From contig NC_004459.3 of NCBI RefSeq assembly GCF_000039765.1, positions 2,661,127 to 2,693,126 of the forward strand: 32,000 nt of DNA, read 5' to 3'. This document shows, one piece after another, positions 17,201 through 26,034 of this stretch. The number at the start of each line of letters is the position of its first letter. The first letter of the stretch is position 1. The position numbers were made by a program, and so were the translations under genes. Under the pieces are notes generated by a model, which saw only the letters and a program-made list of their open reading frames with translations, was not told the DNA's origin and did not search any database. The stretch comes from Vibrio vulnificus CMCP6. GTDB taxonomy: Bacteria; Pseudomonadota; Gammaproteobacteria; Enterobacterales; Vibrionaceae.

Positions 17201-19059
17201 TCGCTCTTGTGCAACATCGAGAAATCGAGGATCCAGAATGTTTGACCATTGGTCTTGTGGATCTCGTATGGCGACTCCCCAATCACACGCAGACCCAAGT
17301 TTTCGAGCATCGGCATGACGTCAGAAAGGTGAATGGGTTCGTCACGATGGAACAGTTTTAAGCGTACGGCTTTAGAGTCTGCGGACAACTCTTGAGGGCG
17401 GTAGAAAAGCATACCCAGTTTGTTGTCATCACTAAGTGCCTCTAAACGATCAATATCATCAACCGCACTGCCCGGCATCATCGCTTCTTTGTACGAGCGT
17501 GGAAATGCCTTCATGTATTCTTTTGAAAGTGGCAGTCCTTTACTTTCGCCAAAGTTGGCAATGATAGAATCTTTAAGGCGATCATCCCAAGTTGAAGAGA
17601 CTTCCATTAGATTTTGCTCGATGTTTTTCACGTCTACGTCGATGTTATTGTTGTCTACACGCACAATATAATGGGTACGTGCTAACGGCCCTTCGGAGAA
17701 GTACGTTGTAAACTCAACTTCTTGCTCACTGCCAAAGTACTGTTTCAAAATGCGTTGAGTTTGACGACGCAATTCTGTGTTGTAACGATCTCTTGTTACA
17801 TACACCATCGCACTAAAGAATCGGCCAAACGGGTCTTTGCGTACAAACAGACGCAGAAGATCGCGATCATGCATTTGCACCACGCCCATGCCGACTTCAA
17901 GTAACTCTTCTTCTTTTGCTTGAATCAACTCATCTCGAGGGTAATTTTCTAGAATGTTGTGTAGTGCTTTAAACGCATAGGAACCATCGCGGTATCCGCT
18001 AGCATCGAGAATGCGATCCACTTTTTCGCGGATAAGTGGAATGGAAGAAACGGTTTGGTTATACACCGACGAGGTATACAGGCCCGTGAAACGATGCTCA
18101 CCAACCACTTTTCCTTTGGCATCAAACTTTTTAATGCCGATGTAGTCGTTGTATGCAGGTCTGTGAATACGAGACGCTTTGTTGCCTTTAGTGATAATCA
18201 GTGCGCTTGGCTTCTTGGCTTCGAGGCGAGCTGAATCTGAAAGTTGTGATAACTTCACACTGCGAACTCGAGATTCTTCCGCAAAAAGGCCCAAGCCTTT
18301 TTCTTTTGTTGGTACGAGCTCAGTTTCGCCATCCACACTCACCAAGTCGTACTCTTTGTATCCCATGAACGTAAAGTTGTGGTCCCCTAACCAACGTAGA
18401 AATGCAATGCTTTCATCGAAACGTTCACCATCCATGGAAACCGCTGATTTTTGCGCTTCCAGTTGTGCTGTCACTTGCTCTAGTCGCTCTACCATGAGCA
18501 ACCAATCGTTCACCACCAAGCGAGTATCGTTGAGCACATCAAGCAGCTCTTGCTTCAACTTGTGCATCTCATCTTTTTTGCTTAGTCGGTCAACTTCGAT
18601 GTGGAACAGTGACTGTAAGATCCCACCCAGTCCATTGACATCAATCACTTCGCCTTTTTCATTGCGAGTGATTTGCGTCGGGTTGTTGAGCATTAAGTGA
18701 CAGTTAAGATCCAGTCGGCTTAACGCCATTTTGATGGAATCAACCAAGAACGGACTATCAGGTACCACCACTTCTACGATGGTATGGGTTGATTGCCAAC
18801 CGTGGCGGCTGACTGTCGGGTTAAATACTCGAACCGAGACGTCGTCTGGTTTCTTCTCTTGAATATGATGCCAAAGACTAATAATCGCACCGTAAAGGTC
18901 AGACTCGTTGCGTTGGATTAGGTCGTCCATAGACATGTTACTAAACAGGTGTTGAGCTAATTTAGTAACGAAAGGCTGGTGGGATAGCTCGAGTTTTTCC
19001 TGAATCAGTTGGTAAACTTTTTCAAGCAGAACCGGCACTACATTTTCACGCGCGGTCAT
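14218..19059 (-). CDS. gdhB: Large NAD-specific glutamate dehydrogenase (Bac_GDH family, about 1600 aa)
   Basis: The size and conserved catalytic block ([55 protein letters not shown]) are typical of the 180-kDa NAD-GDH family. The likely start is the ATG at 19059 (MTARENVV), preceded by a GGAGTG SD; the ORF-track start at 19107 is an extension. Confidence 0.9.
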   Translation of the reverse strand: [1613 protein letters not shown]

Positions 19060-19266
19060 ATTCACACTCCACATTAGAATAGTTTTTTTGTAGGGGACAC
19101 TTAGCAATAAATCTAGCTAGGAGACTCAATAACTAAGCATAGGTAATGCATGCGCTTATTGTAAAAGCAATATTGAAATTTAGTTAATAAAATTAACGAA
19201 GAATAGAGGTGAAATGTTTGATAATGTGATTAAGATTCGTGTTTAACTCACTGTTAAACTAGGTTC

Positions 19267-19485
19267 TTATAGTGATTCTAACTTAATAAATCGATGATTC
19301 TGGTCAGTTGTTAGTCTAAAGCGCCCTTTTAAGCCTAACTGGCTGAGAAACGGCCGAAATTTAACCGCTGGTAATTGAATCCTCAGTCCTTGCTCTGTCA
19401 CCACTTGAACAGCACTCGCCGCACCAGAATAGTGAGCTAAAAATGCCTGATAGCTAATATTGAGTGTGAAGTAATAGTAATTCAT
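19267..19485 (-). CDS. Small conserved hypothetical protein (DUF2835-like)
   Basis: 72-aa ORF (MNYYYFTLNISYQAFLAHYSG...) between pepN and the GDH gene. No obvious SD; the family call is from memory. Confidence 0.5.
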   Translation of the reverse strand: MNYYYFTLNISYQAFLAHYSGAASAVQVVTEQGLRIQLPAVKFRPFLSQLGLKGRFRLTTDQNHRFIKLESL

Positions 19486-19495
19486 AGTTTGAACA

Positions 19496-19522
19496 AGATA
19501 GCTGGCATTGTGCCAGCTATCT
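19496..19522 (-). terminator. Perfect 12-bp stem-loop between pepN and the DUF2835-like ORF (terminator or processing/stability element)
   Basis: AGATAGCTGGCA-TTG-TGCCAGCTATCT. On the minus strand it is followed by TGTTCAAACT and then the ATG of the next ORF, so the U-tract is poor. Confidence 0.45.
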
Positions 19523-19533
19523 CACGATCACGG

Positions 19534-22143
19534 TTATTCGCTTTCTAGTGCTTTTGACACTTTTTCAAATAGATCTTTTGCCAAATCCTCTAAACCTTGA
19601 AGGGCTTTGAGCTCTTGGCGAATTAACGCCTGGCGATCACTATCGTACTTACCTAACTTGAGCAAAGGATCCACTAAGCGCGATGCCACTTGAGGATTGG
19701 TCCTGTTCAACTCGCGTAGGATTTCGCCAGCAAAACGATAACCCGCGCCAGATTTATCATGGAAGTTCACTGGGTTCATACCAAGGAAAGAACCAATCAA
19801 GCTGCGTGTACGATTGGGGTTTTTAAGACTAAATGCTTCATGCTTCATCGTCTCTTTAACAACGTCCAGTGCATTGGCAGCAGGGTTGCAGCCTTGTAGG
19901 ATAAACCACTTATCCATAACGAGACCATCATGCTTCCACTTATCACTGTAATCTTGCATCAGTGCTTCACGGCAAGGCAATTGCGCTTGGTTGGCGGATG
20001 CCATCGCTGCAACTGTATCGGTCATGTTGTTCGACTCTTGGTATTGCTTCAATACCAAATCATTACCCTCTTGAGTATATGCCAGATACGCTAGACAGAT
20101 ATTACGTAACGCACGCTGACCAATCGCCGCATGCTCGATGGTATACTCAGCTTGCTTCAAGCTATGATAAAGTGCACTCAACTCATCACATAGCTGTGTC
20201 GCAAGAATGACTTTTAACTGTTTGAGGACCTGAGCAATCGCATCAACGTCCACTTGCTTGTACCAACCAGACACTTCATTGTGGTTTGGTAATGACATGA
20301 CTTCAGCGATAAACGCGGAATCTAATTCTGCATTAAGAAGCACACCACGGAAGGCATCAACAACCGCCTCAGGCAGTTCTACTTCTTTACCCGCCTGAAC
20401 TCGCTCAACATTTTGACGAATGTATTTTGCCAGTAACATTTGGCTGGCATCCCAACGAGAAAATTCGTTACGAGCATTCACCATAAGGAACATCAGCTCA
20501 CGGTCTGAATAATCGTACTCAAGCTTAACCGGTGCTGAGAATTCACGTAACAAAGAAGGCACTGGCTTTTCTGCCACATTCTCAAACACGAAGGTTTGTT
20601 TGTCGGCTTTCACATCCAGCACGTTTCCAACAGGCTCACCAGCAATGATCATTGGGATCACATCACCATTTGCTGCGTAAAGCTCGATATCGAATGGAAT
20701 ATGCAATGGTTGCTTTTCCGCTTGCTCGTGTGTTGGCTCGGTCGACTGCTCAACCGTTAACGCGTAAGTTTGTTTCTCGGCATCATATTGGCTACTCACA
20801 CGAAGCGTTGGTGTACCCGACTGGCTGTACCACAAGCGGAACTGTGTTAAATCAACACCCGTTGCATCTTCCATGGCAGAGACAAAATCTTCACAAGTCG
20901 CAGCAGTACCGTCGTGACGCTCAAAGTAGAGCTTCATCCCTTTTTGGAAACCTTCTTCACCTAGTAAAGTATGATACATGCGAATAACTTCACTGCCTTT
21001 TTCATACACTGTTAGCGTGTAGAAGTTATTCATTTCAATCACTTTATCAGGGCGAATTGGATGAGACATTGGGCTAGCATCCTCCGCAAACTGCGGCCCA
21101 CGAATGGTACGCACGTTCTGAATGCGATTCACTGCTCTAGAGCCAAGATCAGAAGAGAATTCTTGATCGCGGAAAACGGTTAGACCTTCCTTCAAGCTCA
21201 ATTGGAACCAATCGCGACAAGTCACGCGGTTTCCTGTCCAGTTGTGGAAATACTCATGACCAATCACGCGCTCAATGCCGAGGTAATCTGCGTCAGTCGC
21301 GGTTTGAGAGTTGGCTAAAACAAACTTTGAGTTAAAGATATTGAGACCTTTGTTTTCCATCGCACCCATGTTGAAGAAATCAACGGCGACGATCATGTAG
21401 ATATCTAGGTCATACTCGAGATCGAAACGTTCTTCATCCCATTTCATCGAATTGATCAGAGAAGTCATCGCATGTGGCGCACGATCTAAGTTTCCTTTGT
21501 CGACAAAGATTTCAAGATCTACGCTACGACCAGACTTGGTGACAAACTTATCACGAAGCACATCAAAGTCGCCTGCAACAAGAGCAAACAAGTATGCAGG
21601 TTTTGGATGCGGATCTTGCCATTGAACCCAATGACGGCCACCTTCCAGTTCTCCTTCTGCGATGCGGTTACCATTGCTCAGCAAATAAGGATATTGTGCT
21701 TTGTCGGCAATCACTTTTGTCTGGTAACGCGCTAAGACATCAGGGCGGTCTAAGTAATATGTGATGCGTCTAAAACCTTCAGCTTCACATTGTGTACAGA
21801 AAGCACCACCCGATTTATACAGGCCTTCCAACGCGGTGTTGGCTTCTGGATCGATTTCGGTCACGATGACAAGCTCAAACTCTGCTGGAAGATTCGAGAG
21901 AAGCAAGGAACTCTCTTTAACCTCAAACGCCGACCATGCTTCACCATTCACAGCAACAGAAATCAGTTTTAGAGCTTCACCGTCTAACTCAAGGACATCA
22001 CTCTCACCCTGTTGCTTAACTTGAGAAACCGCCGTGACGACGGTGTTGTGATCGTAAAGATCAAAGGTTAAATCGATGTCGGTTATCGTATGCGAAGGCG
22101 CCTTGTAATCTTTACGATATTTAGCCTGTGGGGTTTGAGACAT
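19534..22143 (-). CDS. pepN: Aminopeptidase N
   Basis: 869 aa with the GAMEN motif (FNMGAMENKGLNIF) and the zinc-binding HEYFHNWTGNRVT...WFQLSLKEGLTVF. Confidence 0.96.
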   Translation of the reverse strand: MSQTPQAKYRKDYKAPSHTITDIDLTFDLYDHNTVVTAVSQVKQQGESDVLELDGEALKLISVAVNGEAWSAFEVKESSLLLSNLPAEFELVIVTEIDPEANTALEGLYKSGGAFCTQCEAEGFRRITYYLDRPDVLARYQTKVIADKAQYPYLLSNGNRIAEGELEGGRHWVQWQDPHPKPAYLFALVAGDFDVLRDKFVTKSGRSVDLEIFVDKGNLDRAPHAMTSLINSMKWDEERFDLEYDLDIYMIVAVDFFNMGAMENKGLNIFNSKFVLANSQTATDADYLGIERVIGHEYFHNWTGNRVTCRDWFQLSLKEGLTVFRDQEFSSDLGSRAVNRIQNVRTIRGPQFAEDASPMSHPIRPDKVIEMNNFYTLTVYEKGSEVIRMYHTLLGEEGFQKGMKLYFERHDGTAATCEDFVSAMEDATGVDLTQFRLWYSQSGTPTLRVSSQYDAEKQTYALTVEQSTEPTHEQAEKQPLHIPFDIELYAANGDVIPMIIAGEPVGNVLDVKADKQTFVFENVAEKPVPSLLREFSAPVKLEYDYSDRELMFLMVNARNEFSRWDASQMLLAKYIRQNVERVQAGKEVELPEAVVDAFRGVLLNAELDSAFIAEVMSLPNHNEVSGWYKQVDVDAIAQVLKQLKVILATQLCDELSALYHSLKQAEYTIEHAAIGQRALRNICLAYLAYTQEGNDLVLKQYQESNNMTDTVAAMASANQAQLPCREALMQDYSDKWKHDGLVMDKWFILQGCNPAANALDVVKETMKHEAFSLKNPNRTRSLIGSFLGMNPVNFHDKSGAGYRFAGEILRELNRTNPQVASRLVDPLLKLGKYDSDRQALIRQELKALQGLEDLAKDLFEKVSKALESE

Positions 22144-22318
22144 ATCTATAAATCCTTGTACAGTGAATCAGAATGTGCCCGTCGTTATTTCATAATTGCT
22201 TTAAAGGTTTACGCTAACCGCAACTATCCACTTGTGCATCTGTGTGTCTGTTATTTCGGGCACAGATAAATTACCTCTGTTAGATGCGGTTTGGAAACGA
22301 ATAAAACAAGGCTTGACG

Positions 22319-22355
22319 CAAAAAAAGAGAAGACTCGTTGAAAATCCTCTCTTTT
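22319..22355 (-). terminator. Probable terminator of the 222-aa periplasmic protein gene
   Basis: On the minus strand: AAAGAGAGGA-(11-nt loop)-TCTTCTCTTT followed by TTTGCG. The stem has one internal mismatch. Confidence 0.45.
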
Positions 22356-22422
22356 CCGATGAAAAATCCATCAATATGTCTCTTTTACTGCCATTTAGAC
22401 AGCCTCTATTAGGCCACTTGGG

Positions 22423-23091
22423 TTAACGTACTCGGTTAAGTACTGCGAGCATTTCCCCACTCTCTTCCTGTAACGTTAACTGATCTGTGTCTAAGACATA
22501 AGTTGTATCATGCTCACCATTTTCGTATAACAACACCAAATGATTTCCTTCGGTGTAGTAAACCCCTTTCTTGACCGACTCATCACCATCCTCAGATGTC
22601 ACCCTAAACATGAAGACAAAATCAGGCTGTAAAATTAAGTCCATTTTGTTTATCTGATTCGCGATCATCCCTTCTCCAGATAATTGCGCACTCGACCAAA
22701 TACCAGCCAGTGCATTGGGTAAACCTTTGGTAAACGTCACGCCGTTGAGATTGAGCATATTGTGATTACTTTCATACTGATAGACTTGAGGCTCATCCGT
22801 ATTGAGTCCTAATATGATGGTGTCTTCATTTGCGGTGTAGATCCCTTCCCAATGGTCAATGCTGTAGTCGCGTTTTTGGATATCGATTTGGAACTCATAC
22901 TTAGAGTTTAACGTGAGCTTAATCGCCCTAAAGTCTTCACGACTTTCTTCAACATTCGGATTCACCAAATACCAATCGCCAAGTAATAAAGGGGTGTCAA
23001 AGTAGGTTAAATCAGCGGATTTAGTGGACGTATCTTGAGCGTAAACCGAAGATAGCGTTAGCGCAGCGAGCAAAGTTAAGAGCCATTTCAT
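22423..23091 (-). CDS. Exported protein of unknown function with two lipocalin-like repeats
   Basis: 222 aa with a signal peptide (MKWLLTLLAALTLSSVYA/QD). Its two halves share the pattern L-x-G-x-W ... L-x-L ... F ... G-x-Y ... Y ... L-x-L. Confidence 0.6.
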   Translation of the reverse strand: MKWLLTLLAALTLSSVYAQDTSTKSADLTYFDTPLLLGDWYLVNPNVEESREDFRAIKLTLNSKYEFQIDIQKRDYSIDHWEGIYTANEDTIILGLNTDEPQVYQYESNHNMLNLNGVTFTKGLPNALAGIWSSAQLSGEGMIANQINKMDLILQPDFVFMFRVTSEDGDESVKKGVYYTEGNHLVLLYENGEHDTTYVLDTDQLTLQEESGEMLAVLNRVR

Positions 23092-23248
23092 TGTTCATCT
23101 CCACACTAGGGCTGTATGCCGTTTTCTTAAAGCTTAGGCATGGAGTCATCATATGGCGAATTTTTTTGACTTAAATCACATTATTGTTCAGAGAAAAATA
23201 ACTTCATCTATACGTCATCTTTCCTTCACTTTGCTATGGGTTATGAAT

Positions 23249-23279
23249 GAAAAAAGCGAGCTTTAATGCTCGCTTTTTA
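23249..23279 (-). terminator. Rho-independent terminator of prc
   Basis: On the minus strand: AAAGCGAGC-ATTAAA-GCTCGCTTT followed by TTTCATTC. Confidence 0.75.
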
Positions 23280-23293
23280 TCATCACACCGTTT

Positions 23294-25294
23294 TTAGGAC
23301 GGTTTTTTCAGCATGTCTACCATGATAGCAACAGATTCATCAAGATATGCATCTGGCGTTTCATAGTCTTTGGGTACATCGTCTAAAGTCTTAAACGCTT
23401 CTTTACCCGCTAATGCTTGGCGTTGATTGATGCGATCTAGGCGCTGCTTATCAGCCTGTTCAGATTCTTGCTTACGCACTTTTTCATTCAAAGAAAGCGT
23501 ATTGTCGTCTTTCTCTGCTTTGTACTTAGCAATGTCTTCCGCAATAAACTTAAACTCTAGCTCGTTAGCGATCCGCTCATCATGTTTTACACGCAATTGT
23601 TCAATCAAAGAATCATTACGTTGTAACACTTGATAATCCGCTTTCTCAATACTGTCCCAAGGTAGAGCATTATCTTCAACACTCTCACCTGTTTCCTCAG
23701 GATCAATCGCGGTAGGGAAAGGAATGTCTGGCACGACACCTTTATTTTGCGTGCTGCCTCCATCAATTCGGTAGAATTTTTGGATGGTGTACTGAACATA
23801 ACCGATTTCTTTGTCAAACAAATCATAGATATGATTCAGCGAGCGGTGCTGTTGTACGGTTCCTTTACCAAATGAGTTTTCACCAAGGATAATGGCGCGG
23901 CCATAGTCTTGTAGTGCAGCGGCGAAAATTTCAGAAGCAGATGCACTATAGCGATTCACCAACACCGTCATCGGGCCTGAATAACTGATTTGTCCATCCG
24001 TATCAGCGTTGACTTTCACTCGCCCATAACTGTCACGAACTTGAACCACAGGGCCCTTTTCAATAAACAAACCCGTGAGCGCAGTGGCTTCAGTTAATGC
24101 CCCACCACCATTGTTTCTCAAATCAACGATGATCCCGTCAACACCCTTACCTTTGAGATCAGTAAGCAGCTTATCGGTGTCGGCAGAAAGACCCACATAA
24201 AAACTCGGTACTTCTAGAACACCGATTTTTTTGCCATCTTTTTCAATCACCTCGGCCTTCACCGCTCGGTCTTCCAAGCGAATTTTGTCACGCACAATGG
24301 TGACAACGTAACTCTTAGAGTCTTTACCTTCTGGCAGAACTTGTAGGTGAACTTTGGTTCCTTTAGGACCTTTAATCAACTGGACAACATCATCAAGACG
24401 CCAGCCGATCACATCGACGATGTCTTTCTTATCTTGGCCAACACCGATGATTCGGTCCCCCTCGCCTAACTGTTTACTTTTAGACGCAGGGCCACCAGCA
24501 ACCAAAGAACGGATGACAGTGTAATCATCCGTCATCTGTAAAACAGCACCAATGCCTTCCAGTGACAAGTTCATCTCGGACTGGAATTGTTCAGCGTTTC
24601 TTGGTGAAAGATAACTGGTATGAGGATCCACTTCGCGTGCAAACGCGTTCATGTAAAGTTGAAAAACGTCTTCGTTGCGCGTTTGAGTAATTCTCTTCAT
24701 CGCGTTGTTATAACGTTTTTCTAGAATTTCTTTAATTTCTGGCCAATCTTTGCCAGTCAACTTGAGGTTCAGCGCATCGTATTTTACTCGCTGACGCCAC
24801 AGTTCATTAAGCTCGGTTTGATCCTTTGGCCAAGCCGCATCAGTGCGATCGAGTTCAATCTCATCATCCGTATCAAAGGTGATTTCTTGATCGAGCAGTT
24901 TGAGAGCATAAGAGAATCGCTCAAAACGCTTTTTCATTGAGAGATTGTAAACATCAAACGCGATTTGATTGTTGCCTTCTTTGAGTTGGTCATCCAACTC
25001 TGTTGACCACTTTTCAAATGAATCAATGTCTGCTTGGGTGAAGATATTCTTATTGTAATCAAGCATTTCTATATAGCGATTAAACATCGCACGAGAGAAA
25101 TCATCGTTGAAATTAAAATGCTTGTAATGAGAACGAGTAAAACGGGAAGTGACCCTTTTGCTTGCAGTTTCGTGTTGAACTTCAGGTGCAAGTAAAGGGA
25201 GATCTTTTTCTGATAGTTTGGCTTCTAGAGCCTGAGCTGACGCTGCTAGCCAAAGGCTAGCAGCAATCAGAGTCACTTTTGAACGGCATTTCAT
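23294..25294 (-). CDS. prc: Tail-specific (C-terminal processing) periplasmic protease Prc
   Basis: 666 aa with a signal peptide, a PDZ region (LEGIGAVL...DRIIGVGQ) and S41 peptidase motifs (RNNGGGALTEA, SASASEIFAAALQDYGRA). It is adjacent to proQ, as in E. coli. Confidence 0.94.
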   Translation of the reverse strand: MKCRSKVTLIAASLWLAASAQALEAKLSEKDLPLLAPEVQHETASKRVTSRFTRSHYKHFNFNDDFSRAMFNRYIEMLDYNKNIFTQADIDSFEKWSTELDDQLKEGNNQIAFDVYNLSMKKRFERFSYALKLLDQEITFDTDDEIELDRTDAAWPKDQTELNELWRQRVKYDALNLKLTGKDWPEIKEILEKRYNNAMKRITQTRNEDVFQLYMNAFAREVDPHTSYLSPRNAEQFQSEMNLSLEGIGAVLQMTDDYTVIRSLVAGGPASKSKQLGEGDRIIGVGQDKKDIVDVIGWRLDDVVQLIKGPKGTKVHLQVLPEGKDSKSYVVTIVRDKIRLEDRAVKAEVIEKDGKKIGVLEVPSFYVGLSADTDKLLTDLKGKGVDGIIVDLRNNGGGALTEATALTGLFIEKGPVVQVRDSYGRVKVNADTDGQISYSGPMTVLVNRYSASASEIFAAALQDYGRAIILGENSFGKGTVQQHRSLNHIYDLFDKEIGYVQYTIQKFYRIDGGSTQNKGVVPDIPFPTAIDPEETGESVEDNALPWDSIEKADYQVLQRNDSLIEQLRVKHDERIANELEFKFIAEDIAKYKAEKDDNTLSLNEKVRKQESEQADKQRLDRINQRQALAGKEAFKTLDDVPKDYETPDAYLDESVAIMVDMLKKPS

Positions 25295-25311
25295 GCGTAG
25301 GAGTGTCTCCT

Positions 25312-25935
25312 TTATGCGCGAAGGTGCTCCGCTTTCACAACCATTTGAAGGCCGTTAGACAGTTGAACTCGCACATCATCCTTATTAATTTCTACGATAG
25401 TCGCAGCCATGTTTCCTTTACCCATGTTTACGTTAACCGCTTTACCAGTGATCAATTCATCTGCGTTTAGCGCACGTGTTTCCACAGGTTGTTTCGCAGG
25501 CTTTTGCGCCTGAGGTTTGTTAGCACGACGTTGCTGAGGTGCTTTCTTTGTTTTTGGCTTTGACTTCTCTTCGTCACGAGCTTTTTGAGCTTGTTCTTTA
25601 CGGCGAGCTTGTACCTTAGCTTTGCTTTCCGCTAGCGTTGCTTTCGCATGTTCAACGTGTTCTTCTTCTAGTACACCACACTCGTTACCATCTAGGTCAA
25701 CACGAGTTGCGCCTAGTTTAACGCCGTGTAGGTAACGCCAAGAAGAAGTGTATTGTCTTAACGCTGCTCGAAGCTGAGTCTTGCTTACTTTTTCATCTTC
25801 ACTTAGACGTTCAGCAAGATCTTGAAAAATACCAATTTTAAGAGGTTTCGCTTCACCTTCTAAAGTAAAGCACTTGGGGAAACATTCAGCAATATATGCA
25901 ATAACTTCTTTGCTGTTTTTTAACTTTTCAGTCAT
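25312..25935 (-). CDS. proQ: RNA chaperone ProQ
   Basis: [23 protein letters not shown]...[10 protein letters not shown]...[12 protein letters not shown] is the FinO-like N-domain. It is followed by a basic linker and a Tudor-like C-terminus. The true start is the ATG at 25935; the ORF-track start at 25971 is an extension. Confidence 0.92.
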
Positions 25936-26034
25936 GAGTTGTCCTGGTTTGAGCGGCCTGCCCGCGAGCATTAAGATAAAAATATTCTCGTATTATAGAG
26001 AGATGCGGGCGAAAAACCACTCTCGTTACCCAAT

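Noticed and set aside
18179-18700. 173-aa plus-strand ORF (also 15485-15949, 154 aa; 14558-14890, 110 aa).
   Set aside because: These are antisense shadow ORFs within the 1613-aa GDH gene. They are Ser/Leu-rich, as is typical of the reverse frame, and have no start-site signals.
19060-19107. Upstream extensions of ORF-track starts: GDH 19107, proQ 25971, rmf 5588 and the glutaredoxin-like ORF 9619.
   Set aside because: In each case an internal ATG or GTG has a proper SD and matches the N-terminus of known homologues. The extensions begin at poor-context alternative starts.
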